A program made the translations under genes and the position numbers. Shown here piece after piece: positions 55,598 through 64,000 of a stretch of 64,000 bases of DNA. Below the pieces are notes generated by a model, which was given only the letters and a program-made list of their open reading frames with translations, was not told where the DNA came from and did no database searches. This DNA comes from Myxococcales bacterium (GTDB lineage: Bacteria > Desulfobacterota > Binatia > HRBIN30), in contig JBBILD010000007.1 of the NCBI GenBank assembly GCA_037445065.1, forward strand, positions 128,001 to 192,000, written 5' to 3'. Each line of letters opens with the position of its first letter. The stretch's first letter is position 1.

Positions 55598-56526
55598 GGC
55601 GTGTGCGAGCGCGGCGCAGACCCGCGCAGGATGGCCTCGCGCATTTGGCTGCTGCCGAGTTTGCGGGGCTTTCTGCCGGAGCGGCTGGCAACCTTACCCG
55701 TGCCGGGTTCGATGACGTACGGGTCGCCAAAAGGATCCACGGGTTCGCCACTGAGCCAACCCAGTTGCTGGAAAGGACGCCAATCGGCGGGAGCCGCCCC
55801 GATCTCGGCGCGATACCGGTCCACCAGGTGTTGCAATTGGGCGAGTTCTGCCGCAAAGCGCAGCTCGCTCATCTGTTGCTGGAGCATGTCCTTCATTTCC
55901 GGAATCTGCGCCGAGGCATAGGCTTGTTGAAGGAACGCCAGGGCCTGCTCCGGACCGCGGTGAGCCGCCTCGATCACTGCGAGAAGTCCACCGAGAAAGG
56001 GCGGAGCATCGGGGCACTGGATCGCGGTGCGTAGCGACTCGCTTGCCCGCTCCAGGTCGTCGCGGAAGAAGTAATAGGAAAAGCCGAGTAGGTAGTGTAT
56101 TTGCCACGAGTGGGGGAGGTTGCGAGTCCCCTTCTCCAGCAGCGCGATGCCCGCGTCGACGTCATTGGCTTCCCAAGGGAGGATGAGCCCCGCGAAGCGG
56201 TACACGTGCTCGGCACTGGGGTCGAGGTCGGTGACGCGGTCGCACATTTCCGCCAGCCATGGGTAGGTCCGATCGCTGCGGTAATGCCGGCCAAAGTAAT
56301 CAATGGTGCGAAACCACAAAGCGTTGGCCAGCGCATGGCGGTAGCCGAGCGAGACTGCCTGTAAAAAGCCGGCCGGGGGTGCATACACCCGTTCGGCTGC
56401 CTGACCGAGCCGGTCGCGCTCGGTGCGTAGCCGTTGCTGTGAAACCACTTGCGCACCAATGAGCGCCGCGAGCGCGAGCAGGAGCAGGCCACGGCGGATG
56501 AGCGAGCCGGGGTGCAGCAGCGCCAT
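55594..56526 (-). CDS. Membrane-anchored helical-repeat protein (Myxococcus PilG-like); start uncertain
   Basis: N-terminal TM, ANALWFRTIDYFG, VTDLDP, LLEKG, LLGFSYYF, DPFGDPY. Lies directly upstream of the pilH/pilI-like ABC genes. Confidence 0.7.
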   Translation of the reverse strand: MALLHPGSLIRRGLLLLALAALIGAQVVSQQRLRTERDRLGQAAERVYAPPAGFLQAVSLGYRHALANALWFRTIDYFGRHYRSDRTYPWLAEMCDRVTDLDPSAEHVYRFAGLILPWEANDVDAGIALLEKGTRNLPHSWQIHYLLGFSYYFFRDDLERASESLRTAIQCPDAPPFLGGLLAVIEAAHRGPEQALAFLQQAYASAQIPEMKDMLQQQMSELRFAAELAQLQHLVDRYRAEIGAAPADWRPFQQLGWLSGEPVDPFGDPYVIEPGTGKVASRSGRKPRKLGSSQMREAILRGSAPRSHTP

Positions 56527-56636
56527 TGCGGAGAAAGGCGACAGCACGCATTGCGGTGTGGTGTCAACAACACGCATCCGCGTTTCTCCCGACGCGTGGC
56601 GCGGGCAGCCGGTTGTACTTGGTGCCCGACCCGAAT

Positions 56637-58745
56637 TCACCGGCCGGCCTGGCTCGCTGGGCCGGACCAATCCACATCCAACCCATCTCGTTCTCCACTG
56701 GTGTCGCTGAGGCCGTACTTTTGCAGACGATGTCGGAACGAGCGATAGTTGATGCCGAGCAAGTCAGCCGCCCGCTTCTTCACCCCGCCGGCCTCGGCAA
56801 GGGCGCGCAAGATGATGCTCTTCTCGTAAGCAGCGAGGCTGTCGTCGAGGTTGCCACCGACCAGGTCGAGCCGCACCGTGCGCGGCGGAACGGTGGGATT
56901 CGGCTGCGCGGCAGTGGGGGTCCCTTCGGTGCTGCTCCAAGAGGGAACCGAACTGCGCTGGCCGCGCAGCACGTATTCGGGAAGGTGCTCTTCGTGAACG
57001 GTTTCGCCATCGCAGAGGGCAACTGCGTGCTCGATGATGTTCTCCAGTTCGCGAATGTTTCCCGGATAATGGTACTCCTGCAGCCGGCGCGCCGCAGCCA
57101 CCGACAAGCGCTGCACGCTTTTGCCGTGCAGATCGGAGAACTGTTTGAGGAAGCGGCGCACGAGCAAGGGAATGTCTTGCTTCCGTTCCCGCAAGGGTGG
57201 CAGCGACAGAGCCAGCACGTTGAGCCGGTAAAACAGGTCTTCTCGGAAGCGGCCCGCGGCCACCTCTGCCTCCAGGCTGCGGTTGGTGGCGGCAATGATG
57301 CGCACGTCCACACTCACGCTCGTATCGGAACCCACCGGGGTGAAGCTGCGCTCCTGCAGAACGCGCAACAGCTTCACTTGCAGTGGCAGGGGCAGCTCAC
57401 CGATCTCGTCGAGAAAGATGGTGCCGCCGTCCGCGGCGCGGAAGAGCCCGGCACGGTTTTGCACCGCTCCGGTAAACGCTCCGCGGGCGTGACCGAACAG
57501 CTCGCTTTCGATCAGGTTTTCCGGGATCGCGCCGCAGTTGACGGCAATGAAGGGACGCTCGGCGCGCGGGCTGCGCGCGTGCACGGCACGCGCGACCAGT
57601 TCCTTGCCAGTGCCGCTTTCGCCCAGAATCAACAGCGTCGCATCGCTGCGCGCCACCTTTTCGATGAATTCGCGCACGCGCTGCATGGCGGGGGTCGTGC
57701 CGATCAGCCCGTCGGCAGGAACAGGAACATCTGCTTCCAGCGGGGCTTCGATCAAGTCGTCTGCGGCTTGGTGCAGTTTTTCTTCGAGACGGCGCAGTGC
57801 CGTGACGTCCTGCAGGATGAACAGACCTCCGATGGGATTGTGATACGTATCGCGCAGGAGGGTTCCCGAACAGCGGACGATACGCTCGCCATCGCCATTG
57901 GCGGATAGGCGAAATTCGGTGGGCTCGTGCGCGGGGGATTGCAGGAAGCTCAAGCGCCCACTGGCGGTTTGCTTGAGCGCGGGAAACACACTGCCAATGT
58001 CGGTGCCCACCAAAGCGGTAGCTTCGCGGCCAGCGAGGTCCGCGGCCACCGGGTTGGCAGAGGTGATGCGGCCATCGAGGTCGGTGGTGATCAGGGCACT
58101 GTCAATGTTCCGAGCCAGAGCCTCTTGGAGCGAGAGTAGGCGCTCTCGCTCCGCTTCCCGTTCGCGCAGTGTGGCCTCGGCTTGGTGCAAACGGCGGGTG
58201 AGCGAGGCGGAAAGAATGGCGATCAGAAAAAAGCTCGCGTTGGTGATCGCAAAGCGCGCGAGGAACTGAACGTCCGCACTCCCCTGCGGGAAGTTTGCCA
58301 GCGAGGGGAGGAGTTCCAATTGCAGGAGCAAGGAAAGCAACGCATACGCGAGGGAGCTGAGCGAGGCGACCGCGATAGCCCCCGGCATGGAGAGCAGGAA
58401 GGCCGCGGCAATGACGACCAGGGAATAAAGAAAGCCAAAGGGGCTGAGCAGGCCACCAGTGACGTAAATGACGCCGGTGGTCAGCAAAATATCGAAGACG
58501 AGCTGGCCGTACGCGAAGGCGGTGAGCCGCTGGACACGCAACAACACGACAGCCGAAATCAAGGTCATCGCGTACGTGAGCGCGATGGCCCACAGCAGCA
58601 GCACCACAGGCACGGTGTAGCCAGCGAAATCGCTGCGGAAGTAGGCAGCAGCCAGCCCGCCGAGGAAGAGCGACACCAGCAGGACGCGCAAGAGAAGCGT
58701 TGCCTTCAGGCGCTCCCTCAGCCGTTCTTTCGCCTCAAACGGCAT
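56637..58745 (-). CDS. Fused PilS-membrane/PAS - PilR AAA+/HTH sigma54-dependent activator (no kinase, no receiver)
   Basis: PilS-like TM region ([27 protein letters not shown]). PAS ([17 protein letters not shown]). Walker [42 protein letters not shown], Fis [19 protein letters not shown]. Occupies the pilS-pilR position after pilC. Confidence 0.88.
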   Translation of the reverse strand: MPFEAKERLRERLKATLLLRVLLVSLFLGGLAAAYFRSDFAGYTVPVVLLLWAIALTYAMTLISAVVLLRVQRLTAFAYGQLVFDILLTTGVIYVTGGLLSPFGFLYSLVVIAAAFLLSMPGAIAVASLSSLAYALLSLLLQLELLPSLANFPQGSADVQFLARFAITNASFFLIAILSASLTRRLHQAEATLREREAERERLLSLQEALARNIDSALITTDLDGRITSANPVAADLAGREATALVGTDIGSVFPALKQTASGRLSFLQSPAHEPTEFRLSANGDGERIVRCSGTLLRDTYHNPIGGLFILQDVTALRRLEEKLHQAADDLIEAPLEADVPVPADGLIGTTPAMQRVREFIEKVARSDATLLILGESGTGKELVARAVHARSPRAERPFIAVNCGAIPENLIESELFGHARGAFTGAVQNRAGLFRAADGGTIFLDEIGELPLPLQVKLLRVLQERSFTPVGSDTSVSVDVRIIAATNRSLEAEVAAGRFREDLFYRLNVLALSLPPLRERKQDIPLLVRRFLKQFSDLHGKSVQRLSVAAARRLQEYHYPGNIRELENIIEHAVALCDGETVHEEHLPEYVLRGQRSSVPSWSSTEGTPTAAQPNPTVPPRTVRLDLVGGNLDDSLAAYEKSIILRALAEAGGVKKRAADLLGINYRSFRHRLQKYGLSDTSGERDGLDVDWSGPASQAGR

Positions 58746-58765
58746 GCTTCCCTGCCTCCCGCCGC

Positions 58766-59986
58766 TTATCCAATGACCGATCCGAGCTTGAAGATCGGCA
58801 AGTACATGGAGATGACCAGACCGCCGATCACGACACCGAGGAAGACAATGATCAGGGGTTCCATAAGCGACGTGAGGTTGGCAACGGCGTTGTCCACTTC
58901 CTCCTCGTAAAACTCGGCGATCTTGTTGAGCATGGCGTCGAGGGCCCCGGTAGACTCGCCGACCGAGATCATTTGGCAGACCATGGGCGGGAACACTTTG
59001 CTTTCTTGCAAGGGCTCGGCGATGGTCTTGCCCTCGCTGATGCTCACCCGGGTGGCGAGAACCGCTCGTTCGACCACTTTGTTGCCAGCGGTGCGCGCGG
59101 TGATCGCGAGGGCGTCGAGAATCGGTACGCCAGAGGAGACCAGCGTACTGAGGGTGCGGGTAAAGCGCGCCACCGCGCTCTTTCGCAGCAGGTCGCCGAA
59201 CACGGGCGCCTGCAGCAGCAACGCGTCGATACTCAAGCGGCCGGACTCGGTTCGGTACAGTTGGCGGATGGCGAAGGCGCAAGCGGCCACGAATGCGACC
59301 ATGTATTTGAAGTACGCAATGGTGAAGTTGCTGAGGTTAATGACGAACTGGGTCGGTGCCGGCAACTCTTGCCCGAAGCTCGAAAACAGCTCGGCAAACA
59401 CGGGAATCACGAAGATCAGCAGCACTGCGGTGACGCCCACCGCGACGGTGACGATCACGGCTGGGTAAATCATCGCCCCTTTGATCTTGGCCTTGAGTTT
59501 CATGGCCTTTTCCATGTACGCGGCCAAGCGGTTGAGGATCGTATCCAGGATGCCGCCGACCTCGCCGGCGGCCACCATGTTGGTGTACAGGTCATCGAAC
59601 AGTTTGGGATGCTTTTTCAGCGCATCCGTGAAGGTGGAGCCTGCCTCCACCTCTTCTTTGATCTGGCGCACGATGTTGCGCAGCTTTTTGTTGGTGGATT
59701 GGGTCGCCAAAATGTCCAGGCACTGCACGATCGGCAAGCCCGCATCGATCATGGTGGCTAACTGCCGAGTGAACACCACGATGTCGCGTGTGGTAATTGA
59801 ATCGGAGAACCCCGGGATGGTGATTTCCCGATCGAGACCGCGGCCCTTTTCCTTGATCTTGTCGGGCAGCGGCTGGATGCGCTGGGAACGCAGGCGCACG
59901 AGCACAGCGTCGCGCGACGGCGCTTCCATTTCCCCCGCCAACATCTCTCCCCGCGGCGATACGCCTTGCCAACGATACACAGGCAT
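58766..59986 (-). CDS. pilC: Type IV pilus inner membrane platform protein PilC
   Basis: [45 protein letters not shown]. Confidence 0.96.
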   Translation of the reverse strand: MPVYRWQGVSPRGEMLAGEMEAPSRDAVLVRLRSQRIQPLPDKIKEKGRGLDREITIPGFSDSITTRDIVVFTRQLATMIDAGLPIVQCLDILATQSTNKKLRNIVRQIKEEVEAGSTFTDALKKHPKLFDDLYTNMVAAGEVGGILDTILNRLAAYMEKAMKLKAKIKGAMIYPAVIVTVAVGVTAVLLIFVIPVFAELFSSFGQELPAPTQFVINLSNFTIAYFKYMVAFVAACAFAIRQLYRTESGRLSIDALLLQAPVFGDLLRKSAVARFTRTLSTLVSSGVPILDALAITARTAGNKVVERAVLATRVSISEGKTIAEPLQESKVFPPMVCQMISVGESTGALDAMLNKIAEFYEEEVDNAVANLTSLMEPLIIVFLGVVIGGLVISMYLPIFKLGSVIG

Positions 59987-60073
59987 GGTTTCACCTCTCC
60001 CGATTGCGTGTTTTCGTCCGTTGCGGACGGTTGCTTTGCAAACAAACCGCGCTTGTCAGTGGCATGATGTTCC

Positions 60074-61177
60074 TCAACGCCGGGCACGAGCTGGAGCGCC
60101 GATCATGGCGCGCACCTCGTCAGGCTCGGTCGCGTGCCCGAGCGCCTCGTCGTAGCTGATCAGCCGCCGCTGGTAGAGATCCACCAGCGACTGGCTCATG
60201 GTCTGCATTCCGAACTTCGCCTGTCCGACCTGCATTTGCGAATAAATCTGGTGGATTTTCTCTTCGCGAATGAGGTTGCGGATCGCGGGGTTCGGGATCA
60301 TGACTTCGACGGCCAGCACCCGCCCTTTGCCGTCGAGCCGCGGGATGAGTTGTTGTGAGATGACTCCTTGCAACACGAGCGACAGTTGCGCGCGCACTTG
60401 GGGTTGCTGGCTGGCGGGGAAGATGTCGATGATGCGGCTGATCGTTTGTACAGCAGAATTGGTGTGCAACGTGGAAAGTACGAGGTGCCCCGTTTCCGCC
60501 ACGTTGAGTGCCGAGGCGACGGTTTCTAAGTCGCGCATCTCTCCGATCAGCACCACGTCGGGATCTTGTCGCAGCACGTGGCGCAGAGCCTCCGCAAAGC
60601 CGTGGGTGTCGGCGTACACTTCGCGTTGGTTGACCACGCAGTTGCGGTGCTGGTGAACAAACTCGATGGGGTCTTCGATGGTCACGATGTGTTCGTGCCG
60701 CTCGCGATTGATCTTGTCGATCATGGCCGCAAGGGTGGTGGATTTGCCGCTTCCCGTGGGCCCGGTGACCAACACCAACCCGCGCGGCAGTTTGGTGAGT
60801 TCTGCCACCACCGGCGGCAACCCGAGCTCCGCCAGGCTGCGCACTTCGTAAGGGATCAGGCGGAAAGCGCCGCCGACCGTACCCTTTTGCAGAAACAGGT
60901 TGCCGCGGAAGCGGCTCAGCCCGCGAATGCCGAAAGAAAAGTCGAGCTCCGCTTGCTCTTCGAAGCGATGCCGCTGGCTATCGGTGAGCAGGCTGTAGCA
61001 CAGGGTTTTTGTCTCGTTCGCGGTGAGCGGCGGGAAGGGGAGCGGCTGCAGGACTCCATTCACCCGCATCATGGGCGGTGCATCGGCGGAGATGTGCAAG
61101 TCCGTGCCGCCGTGCTTGACGACCAGCTCGAGAAACGTCTGGATGCTCAAAGGGGCAGCAGCACTGACCTCGGACAT
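60074..61177 (-). CDS. pilT: Type IV pilus retraction ATPase PilT
   Basis: [49 protein letters not shown] motif. Confidence 0.97.
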   Translation of the reverse strand: MSEVSAAAPLSIQTFLELVVKHGGTDLHISADAPPMMRVNGVLQPLPFPPLTANETKTLCYSLLTDSQRHRFEEQAELDFSFGIRGLSRFRGNLFLQKGTVGGAFRLIPYEVRSLAELGLPPVVAELTKLPRGLVLVTGPTGSGKSTTLAAMIDKINRERHEHIVTIEDPIEFVHQHRNCVVNQREVYADTHGFAEALRHVLRQDPDVVLIGEMRDLETVASALNVAETGHLVLSTLHTNSAVQTISRIIDIFPASQQPQVRAQLSLVLQGVISQQLIPRLDGKGRVLAVEVMIPNPAIRNLIREEKIHQIYSQMQVGQAKFGMQTMSQSLVDLYQRRLISYDEALGHATEPDEVRAMIGAPARARR

Positions 61178-61191
61178 CGGCCACCTCCGCT

Positions 61192-62889
61192 TCAATCCGC
61201 CATCGTGACGCGCACGACTTCGTGGATGGTGGTCAGTCCTTGCTTGAGTTTCTGAATGCCGCTCATGCGCAGGGTCTTCATGCCGTTGGCGACAGCAGTG
61301 CGCTTGATCTCGCTCGCCGATGCGCCGTTGAGCACCAGTTCGCGGATGTTTTCGGTGACCGGCATCACCTCGTACAAGGCAATGCGGCCGCGATAGCCGC
61401 TGCCGTTGCAGCTCGGGCAGCCGGCGCCGTGGAACGGGGTGAAGGTGCCCACTTCTTCTTCCGGGACGCCGATGTCGAGCAACGCTTGCGGGTGGATCTC
61501 CGCTGGCTCCTTGCAGTTCGTGCAGATCAGCCGCGCCAAGCGCTGGGCTAAGATCAAGTTCACGGAAGAGGCCACCAAAAACGGCTCCACGCCCATGTTC
61601 AGCAGGCGGTTGATCGTGGAGGGTGCGTCGTTGGTGTGCAGGGTACTTAGGACCAAGTGTCCGGTGAGGGCTGCCTTGATGGCGATTTCCGCCGTTTCGA
61701 AGTCGCGGATCTCACCGACCATGATGATGTCGGGGTCTTGCCGCAGGAAAGAGCGGAGGGCAGCGGCGAAGTTGAGGCCGATCTCTTCGTGGATTTGCAC
61801 CTGGTTGATCCCGGGTAAGTTGAACTCGACCGGATCTTCTGCAGTGGAGATGTTGGAGGTGACTCGGTTGAGCTCCGAGAGTGCGGAGTACAAGGTGGTG
61901 GTTTTCCCGCTACCCGTGGGGCCGGTGACCAACACCATGCCGTAGGGCTTGTAGATCGCCTCTTTGAAATCGCGCAGTTGGTCGTCATCGAAGCCCAGCT
62001 TGGTCATGTCGAGCTGCAGGTTCGATTTATCTAGCAGCCGCAGCACAATTTTTTCGCCGAAGATCGTGGGCAGAACGGAGACGCGAAAATCCATTTCTTG
62101 ACCGCGACCGAGCTTGAGCTTGATGCGCCCGTCTTGGGGCAAGCGCCGTTCTGCGATGTCGAGCGAGGCCATGACCTTGATGCGCGAGGTGATGGCGTTC
62201 TTGAGTTTGAGCGGCGGCCGCATGATCTCTTCCAGCACGCCGTCCACCCGGAAGCGCACACGGAAGAGTTTCTCGAAGGGCTCGAGGTGGATGTCCGAGG
62301 CGCGCCGCTTGATGGCGCTGGTGAGGATGGCGTTCACCAAACGGACTACGGGAGCGTCCTCGGTGGCGCGCTCGAGTTCTTTGAGGTCGATGTCTTCCTC
62401 TCCCTCCACCACCTCGACGTCATCATCCGCGCCGAGCTGGGTGAGCACTTCCTCGTAGTTCGACCCTTCCTCGTAGTACTTCTCGATCGCTGCGGTAATG
62501 GCACTCACGCACGCGACGGCTACCTTCACGTCGTAGCCGGTGAGGAATTTTACTTCGTTGATGGCGACCAAGTTGGAAGGGTCGGACATCGCCACCGTTA
62601 GGGACGAGCCGCTGAGGCTAATCGGGATCAGGTGGTGGCGCTGCACGATGTTGACCGGCACCAAGCGAATCACCTCCGGCGGGATGTTCATCACGGAGGG
62701 GTCGAGCAACGACAGGTGGTACTCGCGTTGCAGGATGGCGGCCAGCTCGGCCTCGTCTACGAGTTGCCGTCTGACGACGGCGACGCTGAAAGGCTGCTGA
62801 GCGGTCTCAGGGTCTTCCAAAAGCTTGTTTAACTGCTCTGCAGTGATGAGCCGGCGGCGAACGAGCAACTCCCCGAGTCGGCTACTCAT
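61192..62889 (-). CDS. pilB: Type IV pilus assembly ATPase PilB
   Basis: MshEN-like RLGELLV N-terminus, [31 protein letters not shown]...CPSC Zn motif. Confidence 0.96.
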   Translation of the reverse strand: MSSRLGELLVRRRLITAEQLNKLLEDPETAQQPFSVAVVRRQLVDEAELAAILQREYHLSLLDPSVMNIPPEVIRLVPVNIVQRHHLIPISLSGSSLTVAMSDPSNLVAINEVKFLTGYDVKVAVACVSAITAAIEKYYEEGSNYEEVLTQLGADDDVEVVEGEEDIDLKELERATEDAPVVRLVNAILTSAIKRRASDIHLEPFEKLFRVRFRVDGVLEEIMRPPLKLKNAITSRIKVMASLDIAERRLPQDGRIKLKLGRGQEMDFRVSVLPTIFGEKIVLRLLDKSNLQLDMTKLGFDDDQLRDFKEAIYKPYGMVLVTGPTGSGKTTTLYSALSELNRVTSNISTAEDPVEFNLPGINQVQIHEEIGLNFAAALRSFLRQDPDIIMVGEIRDFETAEIAIKAALTGHLVLSTLHTNDAPSTINRLLNMGVEPFLVASSVNLILAQRLARLICTNCKEPAEIHPQALLDIGVPEEEVGTFTPFHGAGCPSCNGSGYRGRIALYEVMPVTENIRELVLNGASASEIKRTAVANGMKTLRMSGIQKLKQGLTTIHEVVRVTMAD

Positions 62890-63002
62890 CGTTTTTGGCC
62901 TCCGAAGTTCTGCCCGGTCATTTCCGGCGGACCCACCTGTGCTTCTCTCCAACAACGCCATCCTGTCCTGTTGCGCTCCCTTCCGTAGGGAATCCGGCTT
63001 CA

Positions 63003-63017
63003 GCGAATGTCATGCCG
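63003..63017 (-). promoter_or_regulatory. Candidate sigma54 promoter upstream of pilB
   Basis: Minus strand CGGCATGACATTCGC with GG-N10-GC spacing, about 115 nt upstream of the pilB ATG. Imperfect TGACA-N5-TGTCA palindromes just upstream (63028-63042, 63061-63075). Confidence 0.45.
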
Positions 63018-63268
63018 AATAGAAGGTGACGAATTTTGGCAGTAAAGCCTTTGGGGCGTGTACCGATTTTTGTCACCCCATCGCGGGGAGCGTGCATCAT
63101 TGTCACGCCTGCTCAATCGGGCCCAAACACTCCTTGAATCCGCTCGGGCCGGCGGTTCGGACACGGCTCACCCCAACTCAGCGCCTCCAGCTCAGGCCGC
63201 CACGCGGTGTAGTCGCTCTGACTCCACCCCGGTCCTCCCTCCGAGCCCGTTCTCCCCTCCAGCCTCCC

Positions 63269-63858
63269 TTTCCTGGGACATCCACTTGCCCTTCCCGGAG
63301 CTCCTTCCTGGGACACCCACTTGCCCTTCCTGGGACACCCACTTGGCCTTCCCCGTTGCTTCCAGGGGCACCCACCTTTGGGGGCACCGATGCCCGTAGC
63401 TCAGACCATCGTTCTCCGGACACCCACCGGGACGGGCGCGACCTGGCCGCCGGGCGAGTAGTGGCGGCCCTTGTGGCCCCCCGCGGTGCCGATGGCGAGC
63501 AGCCAGCGGCCAGCGCTAGGCGGGAGCAGCCAAGGGCGAATAGTGTGGGTCAGCCTCGTCAGGCACCAGTTCCGTTGGACACCCAACGCAGGCCCGCAGC
63601 CCATGCTCCTGGGCTCCTTCGGACAGTATCCGCCCCAGGTACGACACCGCACGCACTAGAATGTCTTCCTCGTATTCGCGCACACCCACTCGTATTCGCG
63701 CGTATTCTTGGACACCCCACTTGGGGGCTAAGGAGCACCACGACTGGACACCCACCCCGATGGCGCCACCACGAATGGACACCCACCCCGATGGCACTGA
63801 TGCGCCAAGGGGAGACCATCGTTCTTGGGGCACCCACCCACGTTCTCTGGACACCCAC
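63269..63858 (+). repeat. Cluster of about 11 same-strand GGACACCCAC-core repeats, including 22-bp and 31-bp tandem units
   Basis: Cores at 63276, 63311, 63333, 63366, 63418, 63577, 63710, 63746, 63777, 63828, 63849. cttcctgggacacccacttgcc x3 (63269-63347). caccacgaxtggacacccaccccgatggc x2 (63736-63797). Confidence 0.85.
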
Positions 63859-63888
63859 CGGGAGCGGCACGACCTGCCCGCCGGACGC

Positions 63889-63975
63889 GTAGGGGCAGCC
63901 CTTGTGGCCGCCCGCGGTACGATTTGAACGTTCGTTGTTGCCCGGAAGGACACGCGGGAACAAGGCCGCCCCTAC
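63889..63975. repeat. Inverted pair of GTAG-type REP-like elements (REPIN/BIME-like)
   Basis: GTAGGGGCAGCCCTTGTGGCCGCCC (63889-63913) faces ...ACAAGGCCGCCCCTAC (to 63975). A further copy, GTAGTGGCGGCCCTTGTGGCCCCCC, is at 63458-63482. Confidence 0.7.
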
Positions 63976-64000
63976 AACCCGTGCGCGAAGCACGCCCGCG

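Noticed and set aside
63269..63858. Possible CRISPR array
   Set aside because: The core repeat is only about 10 bp, spacing is irregular (22-160 bp), intervening sequences are themselves duplicated, and there are no cas genes.
63026..63993. ORFs across the right-end repeat region (e.g. 63026..63892)
   Set aside because: The translations only reflect the nucleotide repeats (GTPT/WTPT/GHP). No RBS or domain evidence.

Overview
A GC-rich bacterial chromosomal window. The 'C-x-GDC-x-x-DG-x-VTVDE' dockerin-like domains, the deltaproteobacterial-type pil locus and the actinobacteria-like lipid genes suggest Candidatus Binatia/Binatota (inference, not a database result). Contents from left to right: (1) 1-17.4 kb, metabolic and envelope genes: hydantoinase B/A, MFS, YiiX-like amidase, F420-type LLM oxidoreductase, beta-helix protein, FadD-like ligase, WS/DGAT, and an AmpG-led operon. 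(2) 17.8-26.4 kb, a tightly coupled 7-gene minus-strand porin/multiheme-cytochrome operon with 48 heme-binding motifs. It runs from an MtrC/OmcA-type decaheme carrying a dockerin-like domain and Pro/Thr linker, through a beta-barrel and an 18-heme tandem-repeat lipoprotein, to an ImcH-like quinol oxidase. It is a candidate extracellular electron transfer conduit of unusual design. (3) A divergent dockerin-lipase. (4) A 2294-aa SpvB/FG-GAP/RHS protein with a signal peptide, a membrane hairpin inserted in the RHS core and a Zn-phospholipase-C-like tip, preceded by a sigma54 promoter and a small secreted protein. (5) An orphan CheA lacking CheW, coupled to a pseudokinase-TPR-WD40 protein. (6) Housekeeping genes radA, metG, ricT, holB, tmk. 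(7) A type IVa pilus locus in which PilS and PilR are fused into one membrane-bound sigma54 activator without kinase or receiver domains, pilA is missing, and two TMTC-like glycosyltransferases are interleaved. (8) A REP/GGACACCCAC repeat patch at the right end. No rRNA, tRNA, CRISPR array or transposase was found.
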